Shown here in pieces: positions 38,991 through 52,520 of a DNA stretch of 64,000 nt. A model generated the notes under the pieces. It did no database searches. It saw only the letters and a list, made by a program, of their open reading frames with translations, and was not told where the DNA came from. Every line of letters starts with the position of its first letter. Position 1 is the first letter of the stretch. Source of the DNA: Chrysomallon squamiferum (Eukaryota > Animalia > Mollusca); NCBI GenBank assembly GCA_012295275.1, contig CM022679.1, positions 13,950,001-14,014,000 on the forward strand, read 5' to 3'. The position numbers and the translations under genes were made by a program.

Positions 38991-39679
38991 AAAAATTCCT
39001 TTCATTCATCATCATCTTCTTCTTTTTTTCATATAATTTTTTGTTAAAAACGTTAAACCTTACACAAATACTGAATATATAACTGAATGAAAAATTAAAT
39101 TTTGTTTGAAGCCAGATGTTTCTGACACTTAGATGAGCGAGAGAATAAAGCATGACAAGCAGTTTTATAATTTACTCTCTTGGTTCAGAAGCTACAAACA
39201 GACAACAACAACAAAAAAATATATACCTGTCTCTAAGGTAAGATAAAAAAGTCCCAACATATATTGATCAGTACAGATACACCATCAACTTTCCTGAAAC
39301 TTTTGTTTCCAAAGCCTTTCTAGATTATTATTTAGTGGTTTTTTCCCAGACACAAAAACTAGTCACTTAATAATAATTCAACAGTCTACCTCTAAGCAAC
39401 TAAGTATATTACACTTTCTATAAGTATAATGCATTGCTAGAACTTAAATTGACAATTGAATGTAAATTAAATTATATAAAATCAAGGTATGTGTTTGTTT
39501 GAAAATTAAATGAAATATTTTAGTATAAAATTGTAGTATACATCTGCATTGACAGAATCAGATTAGTAATTAACAAACAGAAATCAATGAATTACAGATA
39601 TCTAAATTTATCCAAACTAAAAGAAATTATGGATTATCAGTTTCTTGAAAGTTAATCATGTACCTGTATTGTTTCAGTT

Positions 39680-39697
39680 AGATACACACACATCTCA

Positions 39698-39734
<37 letters not shown>

Positions 39735-41770
39735 CCCAACACACTCACCCACACCCACATTGACACCCACACACACTTGGACACACATGCACACACATAC
39801 ACACATACATCCTCCCTTGTACACACACATTCCACACCATACACCCTTTGTACACACATTCAGACACACATACATCCTCTCCCTTGTACACACCCAAACA
39901 CATACATCCTCCCCTGTACACACATTCAGACACACACACACTCCTCCCCTTTGTACACACAGACACAAACACACCCACACACACATCCCTTTGTACACAC
40001 ATTGACACATACATCCTCCCTCCCTTGGACACACTGGACACACATGCATCCTCCCCTGTACACTCAGGACACACACACACCCTCCCCTTGTACACACACT
40101 CATACACACGCACATCCTCCCCTGTATATACACACATCCTCCCCTTGTACACCATTTGTACACCCTCCCCCTTGGACACACACTCATACACACATACATC
40201 CTCCCTTTGTACACATTCAGACACACACATCCTCCCCTGTATATACACACACCTCCCCCTTTGTACACACATTCAGACACACACACATCCTCCCTTTGTG
40301 TACACACATTCATACACACGCACATCCTCCCCTGTATATACACACACCTCCCCCACACCCACATTCAGACACACATCCTCCCCTTGTACACACACATTCA
40401 CACACACATACATCCTCCCCTTGTACACACATTCAGACACACGCACATCCTCCCCTGTATATACACACACCCTCCCCCTTGTACACACATTCAGACACAC
40501 ACACCCTCCCCCTTGTACACACACTCATACACACATACATCCTCCCCTTTGTACACACATTCAGACACACACATCCCCCTGTATATACACACACCCTCCC
40601 CCTTGTACACACATTCAGACACACACCCCTCCCCCTTGTACACACATTCAGACACAGACATCCTCCCCCTGTATATACACACATTCAGACACCCCCTTGT
40701 ACACACATTCAGACATCCTCTGCCACACACATTCTTCCCCCTTGTACACACATTCAGACACATGCACATCCTCCCCTGTATATACACACACACCCTCCCC
40801 TTTGTACACACATTCAGACACATGCACATCCTCCCCCTGTATATACACACACACCCTCCCCCTTGTACACACATTCAGACACGCACACATCCTCCCCTGT
40901 ACACACTTTCAGACAGACATACATCCTCCCCTGTACACACATTTAGACACACACCCTCCCCCTGTGCACACATTCAGACACACATACATCCTCCCCTTGA
41001 ACACACATTCAGACACATGCACATCCTCCCCCTGTACACACATTCACACACACACACATCCCCCCTTGTACACACATTCAGACACACACACATCCTCCCC
41101 CTGTACACACATTCAGACACACACACATCCTCCCCTTGTACACACATTCAGACACACATACATCCTCCCCTGTACACACATTCAGACACACACACATCCT
41201 CCCCTGTACACACATTCAGACACACAGACATCCTCCCCTGTACAAACACACATCCTCCTCCCTGTGCACACACAGACACACACATCCTCCCCCCTGTACA
41301 CACATCCTCCCCTTTGTACACACAAACACACACACATACATCCTCCCCTGTACACACACAGACACACACACATCCTCCCCCTGTATACACAGACACACAC
41401 ACATTCTCCCCCTGTACACACACTCAAGACACACATACATCCTCCCCCCATTCTCCCCTGTATACACAGACACACACACATTCTCCCCCTGCATACACAG
41501 ACACACACACATCCTCCCCTGTATACACACACACACACACACATCCTCCCCTGTATACACAGACACACACACACATTCTCCCCCTGTATACACACATACA
41601 CACATCCCCTGTATACATACTCAGACACATACACACACGCATACCCCCCCCCTTGTACACACATTCAGACACAGACACACATTTTCTCACACATATATCC
41701 TTCCCCTGTATACTGACACAGACACACACACAGACACACACACACACACTCCTTTCATGCACACACATGT
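39680..41770 (+). repeat. C-rich variable-length minisatellite (CCTCCCC(T)TGTACACACATTCAGACACACACAT-like) flanked by (CA)n
   Basis: Dozens of CCTCCCC-TGTACA/TGTATA-(CA)n modules. The + strand is strongly G-poor. Confidence 0.95.
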
Positions 41771-42216
41771 ACAAACACATAATTGCATTATAAATTAGAT
41801 ACACATAATATTTCTACAAAATAGCCACAAGCACAAAAGTGCCCTAACATGTTCCACATAAAAGAAATTGAATCTGCAAGTCAGAGTTGTGACTTTTCCT
41901 TACAGGAGCTGCTTAAACAAACAAAAAAATCATCCTGCGGCATCTAGCAATTAAATGTTTCTTTTCATTTTCATCACAACCTCACACAGTTTTTGTGAAC
42001 AAACATGCCTCTGTGATGCAAATACTTTCAGGGGCTGTAGCTCTGGCAAGTTTCTTTGCATTAACTTTTATTTTTCACATTCCAACCACTGCTCAGAGGA
42101 AGGATGGTTCTGTAGATTAGGGTGAAGATAATCTTATTTAAATGAGATATGTTTTGATGAAGATGTATCTGCTCCCAAGGAAAAACATGTATGAGATATG
42201 TATAAACCCATGCTCA

Positions 42217-42265
<49 letters not shown>

Positions 42266-42532
42266 ACATACACAAGTACTTACATAAACACATATATAAA
42301 AATACACACTTACACATACAGTTACAAACATGCATAAAGTTCAGTTTTACTTGGTGGACCATTTCTTTTTTTTTCCTTCTTCTGTTTTTTTTTTCTTTTT
42401 TTTTCTTTTCATATTCCAGCCAAAATACTATTAACATATCAATAATTTATACTCTTTTGCTTATTTTTAAAAGATCTCTATCTTAAAAATATATTTAAAA
42501 ATTGCCTTTAACATTATTAATTAAATAAAAAG

Positions 42533-42577
<45 letters not shown>

Positions 42578-42795
42578 AAATCCTATTAAAATATTTCAAA
42601 GTTATCCCTGGTCTGGCTTTATTTGTGTACCCAGCTAAGTGAAGAGAGACAGTTTCTATGTTTAGAATTACACGAAGCCAGATCACGATTTTGTCACATT
42701 TTTGTTTGACTAGCAGCTCAGTCACCGATCTGAAGATAACAGGGTATTACAAACAAACCAGGTGATGAAAAAGTCTACACAGACCTTGTCACAGA

Positions 42796-42830
<35 letters not shown>

Positions 42831-43829
42831 TTATTTATTTTTTTTTTTTTTTATCAAATGTCTGACAGTTATTATTAAACCATGTTATGACAGATATTGA
42901 ACAATTACTTCTTATCACCAAGGTACATTACTGATATGCTTGATAAGCCAAAACGTTCAAGCATGTTTGTTATGGGTAAAACTGATAACTTGTTTTTGAT
43001 TTCAGATGAAGTCTAAATGGCTTACTGTTGTTAGCAACAAGAAAAATCCTACAGGCTTAATCTCATCAGTTACCAGCAACACATATTTTTTGTAGTCATT
43101 TTCCCACTGCGGGACAGCACTTACCATATACTTTAATAAACAAGTCATATGGTGTAGTGATATATCCAAGTAGAATTTATTCTGATGTTTAATATGCATC
43201 ATTTGTGTGCTTAAACCACTGAGCTGTTTGTCCAGTGAGTCTGTTAATGAGAACTGATCCTGAAGTCTTCCATGCTTCAGTTTATGTGTTCAAACCATTG
43301 AGTTATTGTCCAATACCTTTCAGAATATGGGTGATTTGATAGATTTTATTTTTCAATATTTTCTTATTGTTTATGGTTTAATCCATTAATTTAAAAACTT
43401 GTAATTGTTTTTAAATTAATACTCATTATTATTAAAAAAAATATATATATATATATATATTTTTTTTTTTTATTATCGTTACCTTCATCATTATTATAAT
43501 AACAAAAATAGTTATTGTCATCATCATTCAGTTTTTTCATCATTATCATTATAATAATTATTATCTTCACTGTCATGACTATCATCAATGTCAATATTAT
43601 GATTATCGTCATCAATATCATCATCAAAATCATCATCATCATCATGACCATCATCAACATCATCATCATTATTACCGTTACCATTACTATTACACAACTT
43701 CATATTTTATTTCTACAAAAAATTTATTTAAAATTAAAAACCCATCATACCAAATAATCTATTCACTATTAGTTATGTGGGTTTTTTTGTTGTTTTTTTT
43801 GTTGATTTTAACCAATTTTCTTCTTAGCA

Positions 43830-44170
43830 GTAAACTTGATACAGCATTATTCGGTCAGCGAGCGAGTCTTGGCTCTAATGCACAACAGCTTTATTAACTG
43901 ACAGTAATCAGCCCCGAAAGGGTTAACACTGCCTTGTCTTTGACGATTGATCTCACCGACACTCTGCTGCTGTTGAAGAAGTCAATTGCTACATAATGTT
44001 TATCAACGAGGGTGTCGAGATCACTGCGATGGCATTGTCAACGTGCGTATCGCTTTGTTAACACCACTGACTGTCGGCCTCTACACCACTACAAACCGTG
44101 GCAGCAACAATCAACAGCTTTAATTACTGCTGCTTTATTGTAATGGTGACGCACAGCATAAATTTGTTTT
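43830..44170. promoter_or_regulatory. Candidate cis-regulatory island
   Basis: CpG-rich complex sequence with TTTATTAACTGACAGTAATC, AAAGGGTTAA, CATTGTCA and TTAATTA motifs. Confidence 0.35.
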
Positions 44171-44210
44171 TTATTTCAGGTTAGGAATAAAGAGATAATT
44201 TGTATCAGTC

Positions 44211-44248
<38 letters not shown>

Positions 44249-44939
44249 GTGTTTGTTTTTATTGAGTCATTAGGGTGGGTGAGGTGACTGTTGTTTTTTT
44301 ACTGGTTATTTTAAGGGGACGGTTTTTGGATATATTTGTGGTGATTGGTTTGTTTCTGGTTTATTGGTGACTGTTTCTTTCTGTTTTTTTGTTGTTTTTA
44401 TTTCTCAGAGGTTTTTTGATTATTGTTAGTTTTCTAATTAATTATTTAGTTGATGGCTAAAATCCAGTCATTTTTAGATTGTTTTTTTTTTTTACACATG
44501 TCTGGGTGACTATTTGTTTCTTGGTCATTATGATTTTCATTATCTATGTGAATGTTTTTGATTGGTATTTTGGGCGACTCTTTTTTCTTTTTTCTTTTTT
44601 GTTACTAACTTTCTTTTTTTTTTTTTTATATTAATGACTTTCTCCTTAGAAAATTGGGAACAATTTCTTTTTTTTCTTATACAGGTGACCATTCCTTTCC
44701 ATTTATTGTGATGACCAATTCATTTCGGAGGTGACAAATGATTTACATTTAAAAACAGTTTCATCATAGATTTTTCTGAGAGACCGTTTTTCCCATTCTA
44801 GGTGAACCTGCAAATGACTATTCCTTTAACTATTACTCGGATGACTTTTTATCGCTGCAGTTGACATTTCCTTCTTGGTCATTTGGGTGAATGTTTATTT
44901 TATTTTATTTTATTATTATTCTTTTTTTAATTATTATTC

Positions 44940-45360
44940 CTTCCTGGTTGTTTGCAGTGCAGTCTGCCCGCCATTTCAGTGGCGGCGGCCTCCACCCCCC
45001 CCCCCCGAAGAATGGAGTAAATAAGGTGGTGGGTGAACAGGAGGTTGTGTTTCCATTTACTTGATTATCTGAAGACAGCTTGTTGCTTAGTGAACCGGTA
45101 AACACATCGACAATAGTCGGGTAATGTGGGAGCTGAGCAAATAGGGAATCGATATATTTATCACACAAGCCTAGCCTGGGCTCGCCTCTCTCAAGACTGC
45201 TGCTGAAATTAGCTATACAAAGTGATAATGACAGATTGATTTATGAAAGTAATGTGCTCACGAATTGTTTACCAAATTGCATTAATATTTCATCTCGGTT
45301 CCGTGTTACCTGGCTGTCTCTGTTTTGTTTCGCGATGCCGAGAATAGGAACTGTTGTATT
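44940..45360. promoter_or_regulatory. Candidate cis-regulatory island with Meis plus Pbx-Hox composite motif
   Basis: GC-rich core at 44960-45010 (CCGCCATTT, YY1-like). TGACAG at 45229-45234 lies 2 bp from TGATTTATGA at 45237-45246. Confidence 0.45.
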
Positions 45361-45704
45361 GTTGTTGTTGTTGTTGTTGTCATTGTCGTTGTTGTTGTCA
45401 GTGACGTTGGTTTGACAAGGGGGGAAAAAAAAAAAATATATAAAAAATTTGTCATTATTTCATCACATTGACTGTTTTCTAATCTCCTCATTGTTGTTGT
45501 TGCTGCTGTTGTGTTTTTGTGTTGGTTTTTTTTTTTTTTTTTATTCCTGAACATGACTTCTGACAAAACTCTATCTTGGGTGTTGATATATGCTGCGTCA
45601 ATGTGTGATGTATTATTAATAAATTAAGCGTCTGAGTTTCCAAAGCGCATGCACGCTGGTGATCAATCATTTCTAGATTTGTTTAATTTTTAGATTTTTG
45701 TTTT

Positions 45705-45738
<34 letters not shown>

Positions 45739-45859
45739 ACATTTGGCTGATTGTGTTAAATTGTGTTTTCTTTTGTGTGTTTGTCTCACCATCTGTTTTG
45801 TCGTCTGTCCGACTTTCTGTTGAATTATTTAACTATCAGCTAATCGTATTATTGACAAA

Positions 45860-46320
45860 ACAATCAGTCCATCATGTTCAATCATCCACTGATCTGCTGA
45901 TTAGGTCATCACAGTCATCAATCCACCACAGCATACTGATCATCCCTCCCATCCATCCATCCATCCATCCGTTAATCCTTCCACATTCTGATTCTTTTTA
46001 TCAGGTTCATCAATTTATTCATCATCCATTGATCAGTCCATTCTTCCCTCCATCATTCCATCTTTCCATCCATTCATCTTTCCATAGATGCATCTGTTCA
46101 TCAGAGATGTATCTATTCATCCATCCATCCATCTATCCATACTTTATCTTTCCACAGATACATTCATTCATTCATCTATCCATCCATCTCTCTTTCCATT
46201 CTTCCTTCCCTTCCTCAGTCTGTCCATCCCCAAAAACATCCATACATCTAACCATCCTTCCATGGTATATCTGTTTGTTCATTCATCCATTGGTCCATCA
46301 ATCATTCCATCTATCAATCC
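45860..46320 (+). repeat. Degenerate (TCCA/TTCA)n tetranucleotide tract
   Basis: Direct reading. It is the source of the 191-aa His/Ser/Ile/Pro ORF. Confidence 0.85.
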
Positions 46321-46559
46321 CTGTATGAGAACATTTAGCAAAAAAATAATTTTTATTTAAATCTCTGATGATGTGAAAATCCTGAAACCAACTTGAAAAA
46401 AATATTATAAAACAGTTTTGTGTAGACTAATTTTACACTGTTTTAAAAACTAATCATGTTTATTTTTTAATTATATTTATGGTCATTATCTTTCATCATA
46501 AATATCATTATCATTATTATTATAACAAGTTTTTTATTTGTTGTCATTATCATAAGCAT

Positions 46560-46875
46560 CTTCATCATTATTAATTCATTAAGTCATTGTCATCATTGTT
46601 ACTGTTGTCATCAAAGCCATTAAAATGTTTTAGCTTGGTCATCCTCCTCCTCATCAACATCACCATCATTATCATTATCATCATCTCATCAACATCATCA
46701 TCATTGTTATTATGTTCATCATCATTACTGCTATTATTATTGCTGTGATTATTATTGACATCATCATCATCATCATCATCATTATTACTACTATTATTAT
46801 TGCTACGATTATTATTGACATCATCATCATCATTGTCATCATCATCATCATCATCATCATCAACATCATGATAAT
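46560..46875 (+). repeat. (ATC)n/(ATT)n tract with an internal 60-bp duplication
   Basis: CTATTATTATTGCT..GATTATTATTGACATCATCATCAT occurs at 46731 and 46791. Confidence 0.85.
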
Positions 46876-48760
46876 AAATTACCAGCATAATTATTTACCT
46901 GACAAACATATCTGTATCATTTTCTTAGATCATTAAAAAAAAGAAAAAAAAGAAATGCAACTCAAAACACTAACAAAACAGACACCAAAACCCAGATTAA
47001 CACTTCATTAATAATGTACAGACCTTAGTGTCAAAAAAAAAAAAAAAAAAAAAAAAAACATACTGCAGATATAAGCCATTAAAAACATCCATGATAAGAC
47101 CAGACCTTTTTATTTCTACAACATTAAACACTAAAACCTAACAGCGAAGGTGACAGAATTACCTAACAGAGTCAGCAAAAATTCCCCGGTGTTGTAAAGA
47201 CATAAAAATTAAATATTCACAGAATCCCTCAATGTGTCAAACACTGCTTGTAATCTTGCATTGAGCGTAATCGTTCACCCTGAATGTTTCCCCATCACCC
47301 AGATAAAAGTCGTTAAATGAGTTCTCCGAGACGAATGTCAGGCCTGCTGTGCACATTCTGAGGTATTAAATGCATGTTAGTGTTTAATACAAATAAGTAT
47401 ATTAGTGTGTGTGATTAATAAAACGATGAGAAGGTGATGGATTTTATGACTTCTCTTCACACAGCTCATTGTAACCTGGGTGCATAAATACAGATCACAT
47501 GCAGAGACGCACGCACACACCCTAGGTGTGTGTATATATATATATATATATATATTTACACACATGTACTCATACATATTATGTATTTCAAAATGGGACA
47601 TAACTTGGCTCTGATGTCAGATTTTGATGGTTGGAACGGGCAAAAAAAAAAAGCACATGAAATTCATTTACCTGAAGAAATGAAAATTTATCACAGGTTA
47701 TTTTTAAAATGACAATATTTTTATTAGTTAGAGTTAGCTGAATGGTCTGTCAGAGCTGGTTAAGCAGTCAGGATGTGTTGATATATCAGACGCATTCATC
47801 TTTTCAACAGATCTGACTTGTATCTCGCCGATTTATTCATTTAACAAGTTATTTTCTGCTTACAGACCTATTTACTCTGTTATTATTGATTAAAAAAACA
47901 AAAAAACATATCTTTTCCATTACTGTTTTGAATTCTTTTTTTTTTTTTTTTTTTTTTTCAAGATTAATCAGATTTTAGAATTAAAAAAATAAAAACAAAT
48001 AAAAATAAGGAAGAAACATTAGAAGAAAAAAACAAAAAAAAGAATTGTTGGTAAAATTCTAAATTTCAGAATGTCAAACAGACACACACGTTACATAAGC
48101 ATTCAAAGCTGCAGAGTGTTAAAAATAAAATATTAGATTAATGTTTGACTATGGAAGATTTATAACTCAGAACTGTGGCTTGCAATAATTCAGAGTTTAA
48201 ATTCTGACGTTACAGAAATAATAATAATATAATGCATATCATTTTTCTCTTTAAAAATGTTCACTGAAAATGTGTTTGGCTTCTGTCATTGTTAGATATG
48301 GTGGGTTTTTTTTTTTTTTTGTCAGTCTAACAAATGGGAAATTTTGAGCTGTAATTGTGAATAAATTCAAGACATTGATTTTAGTTCATGTTTGGTGATG
48401 TAAGTGAGTGGGCTTGTTAAAAAATTATAAATGTAAATAATATTTTTAAATGTTTGTAAAAAATAAAACTATATAAAAGTATAAAAAGAACACAAAATGA
48501 AAAAAAACAAAAAACAAAACAAACTTACATTATTAAAATTAACTGTTATCTTTAATTTTATATTTTTACTTATCTGGGTTCTCAAAACAGATCACTCAGA
48601 ATCACTGGAACTTTGGTTAAAAATTTTAAATTTTGAGATATTAATAAATTAAAGCTTGAAAGGATTTTACTGATGTTACTAATTCTACTACTACTAGTAC
48701 TTATACTATTGCTACTACTGCAAGTACTACTGTTATTACTGCTACTGCTGATACTACTTA

Positions 48761-48791
<31 letters not shown>

Positions 48792-49057
48792 TAAATATTA
48801 CATCTATTGCTACTAACACAACTACCATTGCCATTACTATATAGCCTGAGCTAACAAGGGTTAAAGACCCTAAAACACTAACTTAGGACATTAACTGAAT
48901 TATTATTATTATTATTATTATTATTAATATCATTATCATCATCATCATCATCATATTAGTTTTGTTTTGTTGTTGTTATTATTGTTACTGTTATTATTAT
49001 TGTTGGTATTATTATTTTTTTATTTTTTTTATTATTATATTTATTTTAATTATTATT

Positions 49058-49160
49058 AGCACAAGAAATAAATTACAATAACCTACCCACAGACAGTAAA
49101 ACACACATCACTGTGCTTAACAGAGCACTGGCTGGAACAGGATATAAAGAACTGATCCTA
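49058..49160 (-). mobile_element. SINE core fragment
   Basis: GAGCACTGGCTGGAACAG at 49123-49140 is the reverse complement of the core CTGTTCCAGCCAGTGCTC. It is preceded by CCCACAGACAG. Confidence 0.65.
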
Positions 49161-49286
49161 TATTAAATTGTGTTTCATGTCAGCTATTGTTTCCTTTCTA
49201 AAAAAGAAAATAATGAAAATAATAATAATGAATAACAAATAAAATAAAATAAAAATCAACTAAATAAAAGTAATAATAACAATAAC

Positions 49287-49328
<42 letters not shown>

Positions 49329-50164
49329 TCACTGTGTAAAAACACATGTCATGGTGTTATAAATTAAGTATTCATTGATTTCTAAAAAAATTTAATTCAC
49401 ATTCTAAGTCTATTTAATGTAATGTGTGCCATATTGTATATTTTTATTACATGTTAAAAACAATAAACCTGCACATAACTTTCATTCTAATTTAATCTAA
49501 CCAAAATTTGTTTATTCATTTATTTATTTGAATTAAATATGAATACAGTTTGTTGCAATTGTGATACTTGTTAAGAAAAAAAACAAATCATTCAAATTTG
49601 TTTTAAGGGATTCCAATTTTATTTGTTTTGCATATTTAAATTTTATTTTGTTTTTTTTTTTTTTTTATTATTTTATTTTTATGTATTTTATTTCATTTAT
49701 TATTTCATTTTCACTACTATTATTTTGTTTTATGTTTAGATTTTTATTTTTATTTTCATTTAATATTATTTATTATTGCTTATGTGTTTCGTATTTTAAA
49801 TTTAATTTATCTTATTATTATCTATTATTTTATTTTATTTTCTATTTTTATTTTTATTTTATATTCTTTATTTTATTTTCTGAAAACATCAAAGTTTTGT
49901 ATATCAACAGATTACTTCCTGAATAACATGTTTTTACTACTACTACTGCTATAAACTATTACTACTTCTAGTAGTACTACCATAAAATATCACTACTACT
50001 ACTACAACTACCATTGATGCTACTTAATAACTGTTACTCCTATGACTAAAAATTCAAGACAGATATGCTTTCCCCCCTTTTTTATTGTTATTTTCTTCTC
50101 TTTTTTTATCTTTTAAAAAAAAAAAAAAAAAAAGAACTCTTATGCTGTACTAAAAACAACAGCT

Positions 50165-50290
50165 GGGATGATATAAAAGAGGAAACCAGCTGCTACAGCA
50201 AAATATCTTTTATAAACACAAACTAATAAAATCAATAAATCACAAACCAGTCACGGAGCTCCGGTTGGACTAGGAAATAGTTCCATATTC
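50165..50290 (-). mobile_element. SINE fragment
   Basis: AGAGGAAACCAGCTGCTACAGCAAAATATCTTTTATA...ACCAGTCACGGAGC...GTTGGA...GAAATAG matches the reverse-complement core. Confidence 0.5.
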
Positions 50291-50400
50291 TCATTAACCA
50301 GGACATTTTTACTAATACTTTTCTCAGACAGAGAAAAACTATAAATCTTAACATACATTTTATTATTTTAAACAGTAATAGAACCAAAAAATATGCTTTT

Positions 50401-50432
<32 letters not shown>

Positions 50433-51039
50433 TATATTTTTTTATCATAGATTATTCAGTTTCGACTGATTCAGACATCTGTTACATGTACAAGAACTGT
50501 TGTATCAGTTACAACATGTAAACTTCATGTTCAGACTGCTAATTAACATAGCAACTGACTGTTGAGTTTTCCTATCACAACAGTAAGTGTTTTATCTACA
50601 GCATATCAACTCTGTGTGTATTGTCAGCGAGAGAATTGATTACTATGAGGTGGGTAAGCATCTAATTTATATATATAAAATATATACATATACATATGTA
50701 CACTCACACACACATATATACACCTAAATAATATCAACTACACATTTGTACATAAGTACACACACACACACACACAGAGACACACATATACACATATACA
50801 GACATATAAACAGATGTAGATACATACATGCATACAAATATACATATGTAGGCCTATACACAAACACACACACACTGACATACACATACATACACACAAG
50901 ACATATACATATTAAAAATAATATTAATTTTTATGTAACTTAAGAACCTAAATAATGCTACAGTGAAGGTCAACAAATCAGATCATCAATACATTTAACA
51001 CAACATGACTTAGGAGAGCATGTTTCACTAGATTTGTCT

Positions 51040-51435
51040 TAAAGCTCTTTCTTGTTCCAGCCAGTACTCTACAACTGATTTAATAAATACCATGGTATGT
51101 ACTGTCCTGTTTAAAAAATACCCCTTGTTTTAGGTAGTTAAGTTGCACCAGCAGTAGTAAAAGTAATAGTAGAAGTAGTAGTGGCAGCAGAAGCAGTACA
51201 AATAATAGTTGTAGTAGCAGTAGTAGTAGAAGTACTAGTAGTAGTAGTAGCAGTATTAGTAGTAGTAGTAGCAGTAATAACAGCAGTAGAAATAATAATC
51301 AAAGAGAGTATCCTATGAAATGGCCACATTGAATTTCCTTTTTCATTATCATAATAATCTTTAATCTTACATCTGACATATAAAACAGTAAACAAAATGT
51401 ATGCCATCAAATAAAACATTTCCTTCCTTCCTTCC
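51040..51435 (+). mobile_element. SINE interrupted by an (AGT/AGC)n microsatellite, with a (TTCC)n tail
   Basis: The 5' part is TTGTTCCAGCCAGTACTC...CATGGTATGTACTGTCCTG. The 3' part TAAAACAGTAAACAAAATGT...AATAAAACATTTCCTTCCTTCC is colinear with the 24300 copy. Confidence 0.75.
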
Positions 51436-52520
51436 AAACATTCAGCATTAACATTTCATTTACTTTTCATTTTAATTATTTCCCAGATAACATCATCCTT
51501 TCACAAATAAAATCTTGAAAACAGATTAATTCTAATCAGTGTCACGATTATTTTTCATTTTTTCTCTCCATCCCTATCTCCCTTTGTAGTAAAAAATGGG
51601 TGAAGATGTTAAAAAACTAACATAAAAAATTTGACCAGGATTCAAAGAAAACACAGACAATGGTTTTAATAACAGGCTGTGGTAGATAGACTCTGTAGCT
51701 TAACAACTGTGTAGGTGTTTAACAAGTGTCACTCAATAAATGAGATTCACCTTCTGTACACTGTGTGTATAATACTAACAATATGTCACAAGGGGGTGGT
51801 AGATAAACACTGTAGTGGCCTAGGTGACAAACTATGGAATGAAATACTATATCATTTATTTATTGTAGAAAATAACTCTTCTATTTTTATTTTTTTTTAC
51901 CCCTTGGCTTAATGCGTTGAGTTTATAGACAGGTTTTAGATTTCATGTGCTTGGTTATTGTTTGTGAGAATATTTGAGTAAATTAATAGTGTTATTTTTA
52001 TGATTAAGAAGAAATAATGAGAATTATGATAATATGATTAAAATAGGATAATTATGATGGTAATGATGATGATGATAATATTAATAATGATGATAATGAT
52101 GATGATGATGATGAAATCATCTAAAACTAAAAGCTAATAGCCATAAATTGAACACCGAAAATGATACTCTTCTCTTTTGGGATTCTGACATTTTGGGATT
52201 CTCCCAATTCATAAAACAAACATGTTTTTAATTTTATTATTATATTTATTACTTTATTTTATTTAATTTATTTATTTTTTCATCTCTGGAACGTTTCAAA
52301 CAGCAGATATTGCAGGACTGTCTGACTAATGTTTATCGTCAGTCACATTTCTAGCTTTTTAATCCAATTCATTTCAATCTGTTTTCTTGTCTCTTTGATT
52401 GGCATGCATTCTTCCTTTCCTGTCTCACATTCCTGCAGACTGTGTGTGTGTGTGTGTGTCCACTAAAAGTGCATTTCACTGGATAAAATTCCACGCCATA
52501 CACCAACATCGGGAAGAGAA

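Noticed and set aside
39645-41804. Long ORFs (433, 622 and 545 aa; His/Thr/Pro-rich) and their Val/Cys/Gly antisense counterparts
   Set aside because: They are open in all three frames because the C/A-rich minisatellite lacks stop codons. Unit lengths vary without regard to frame and there is no recognisable domain.
43391-46936. Poly-Met, Asp, Ile and His/Ser ORFs
   Set aside because: They are translations of (ATC)n and (TCCA)n repeats.
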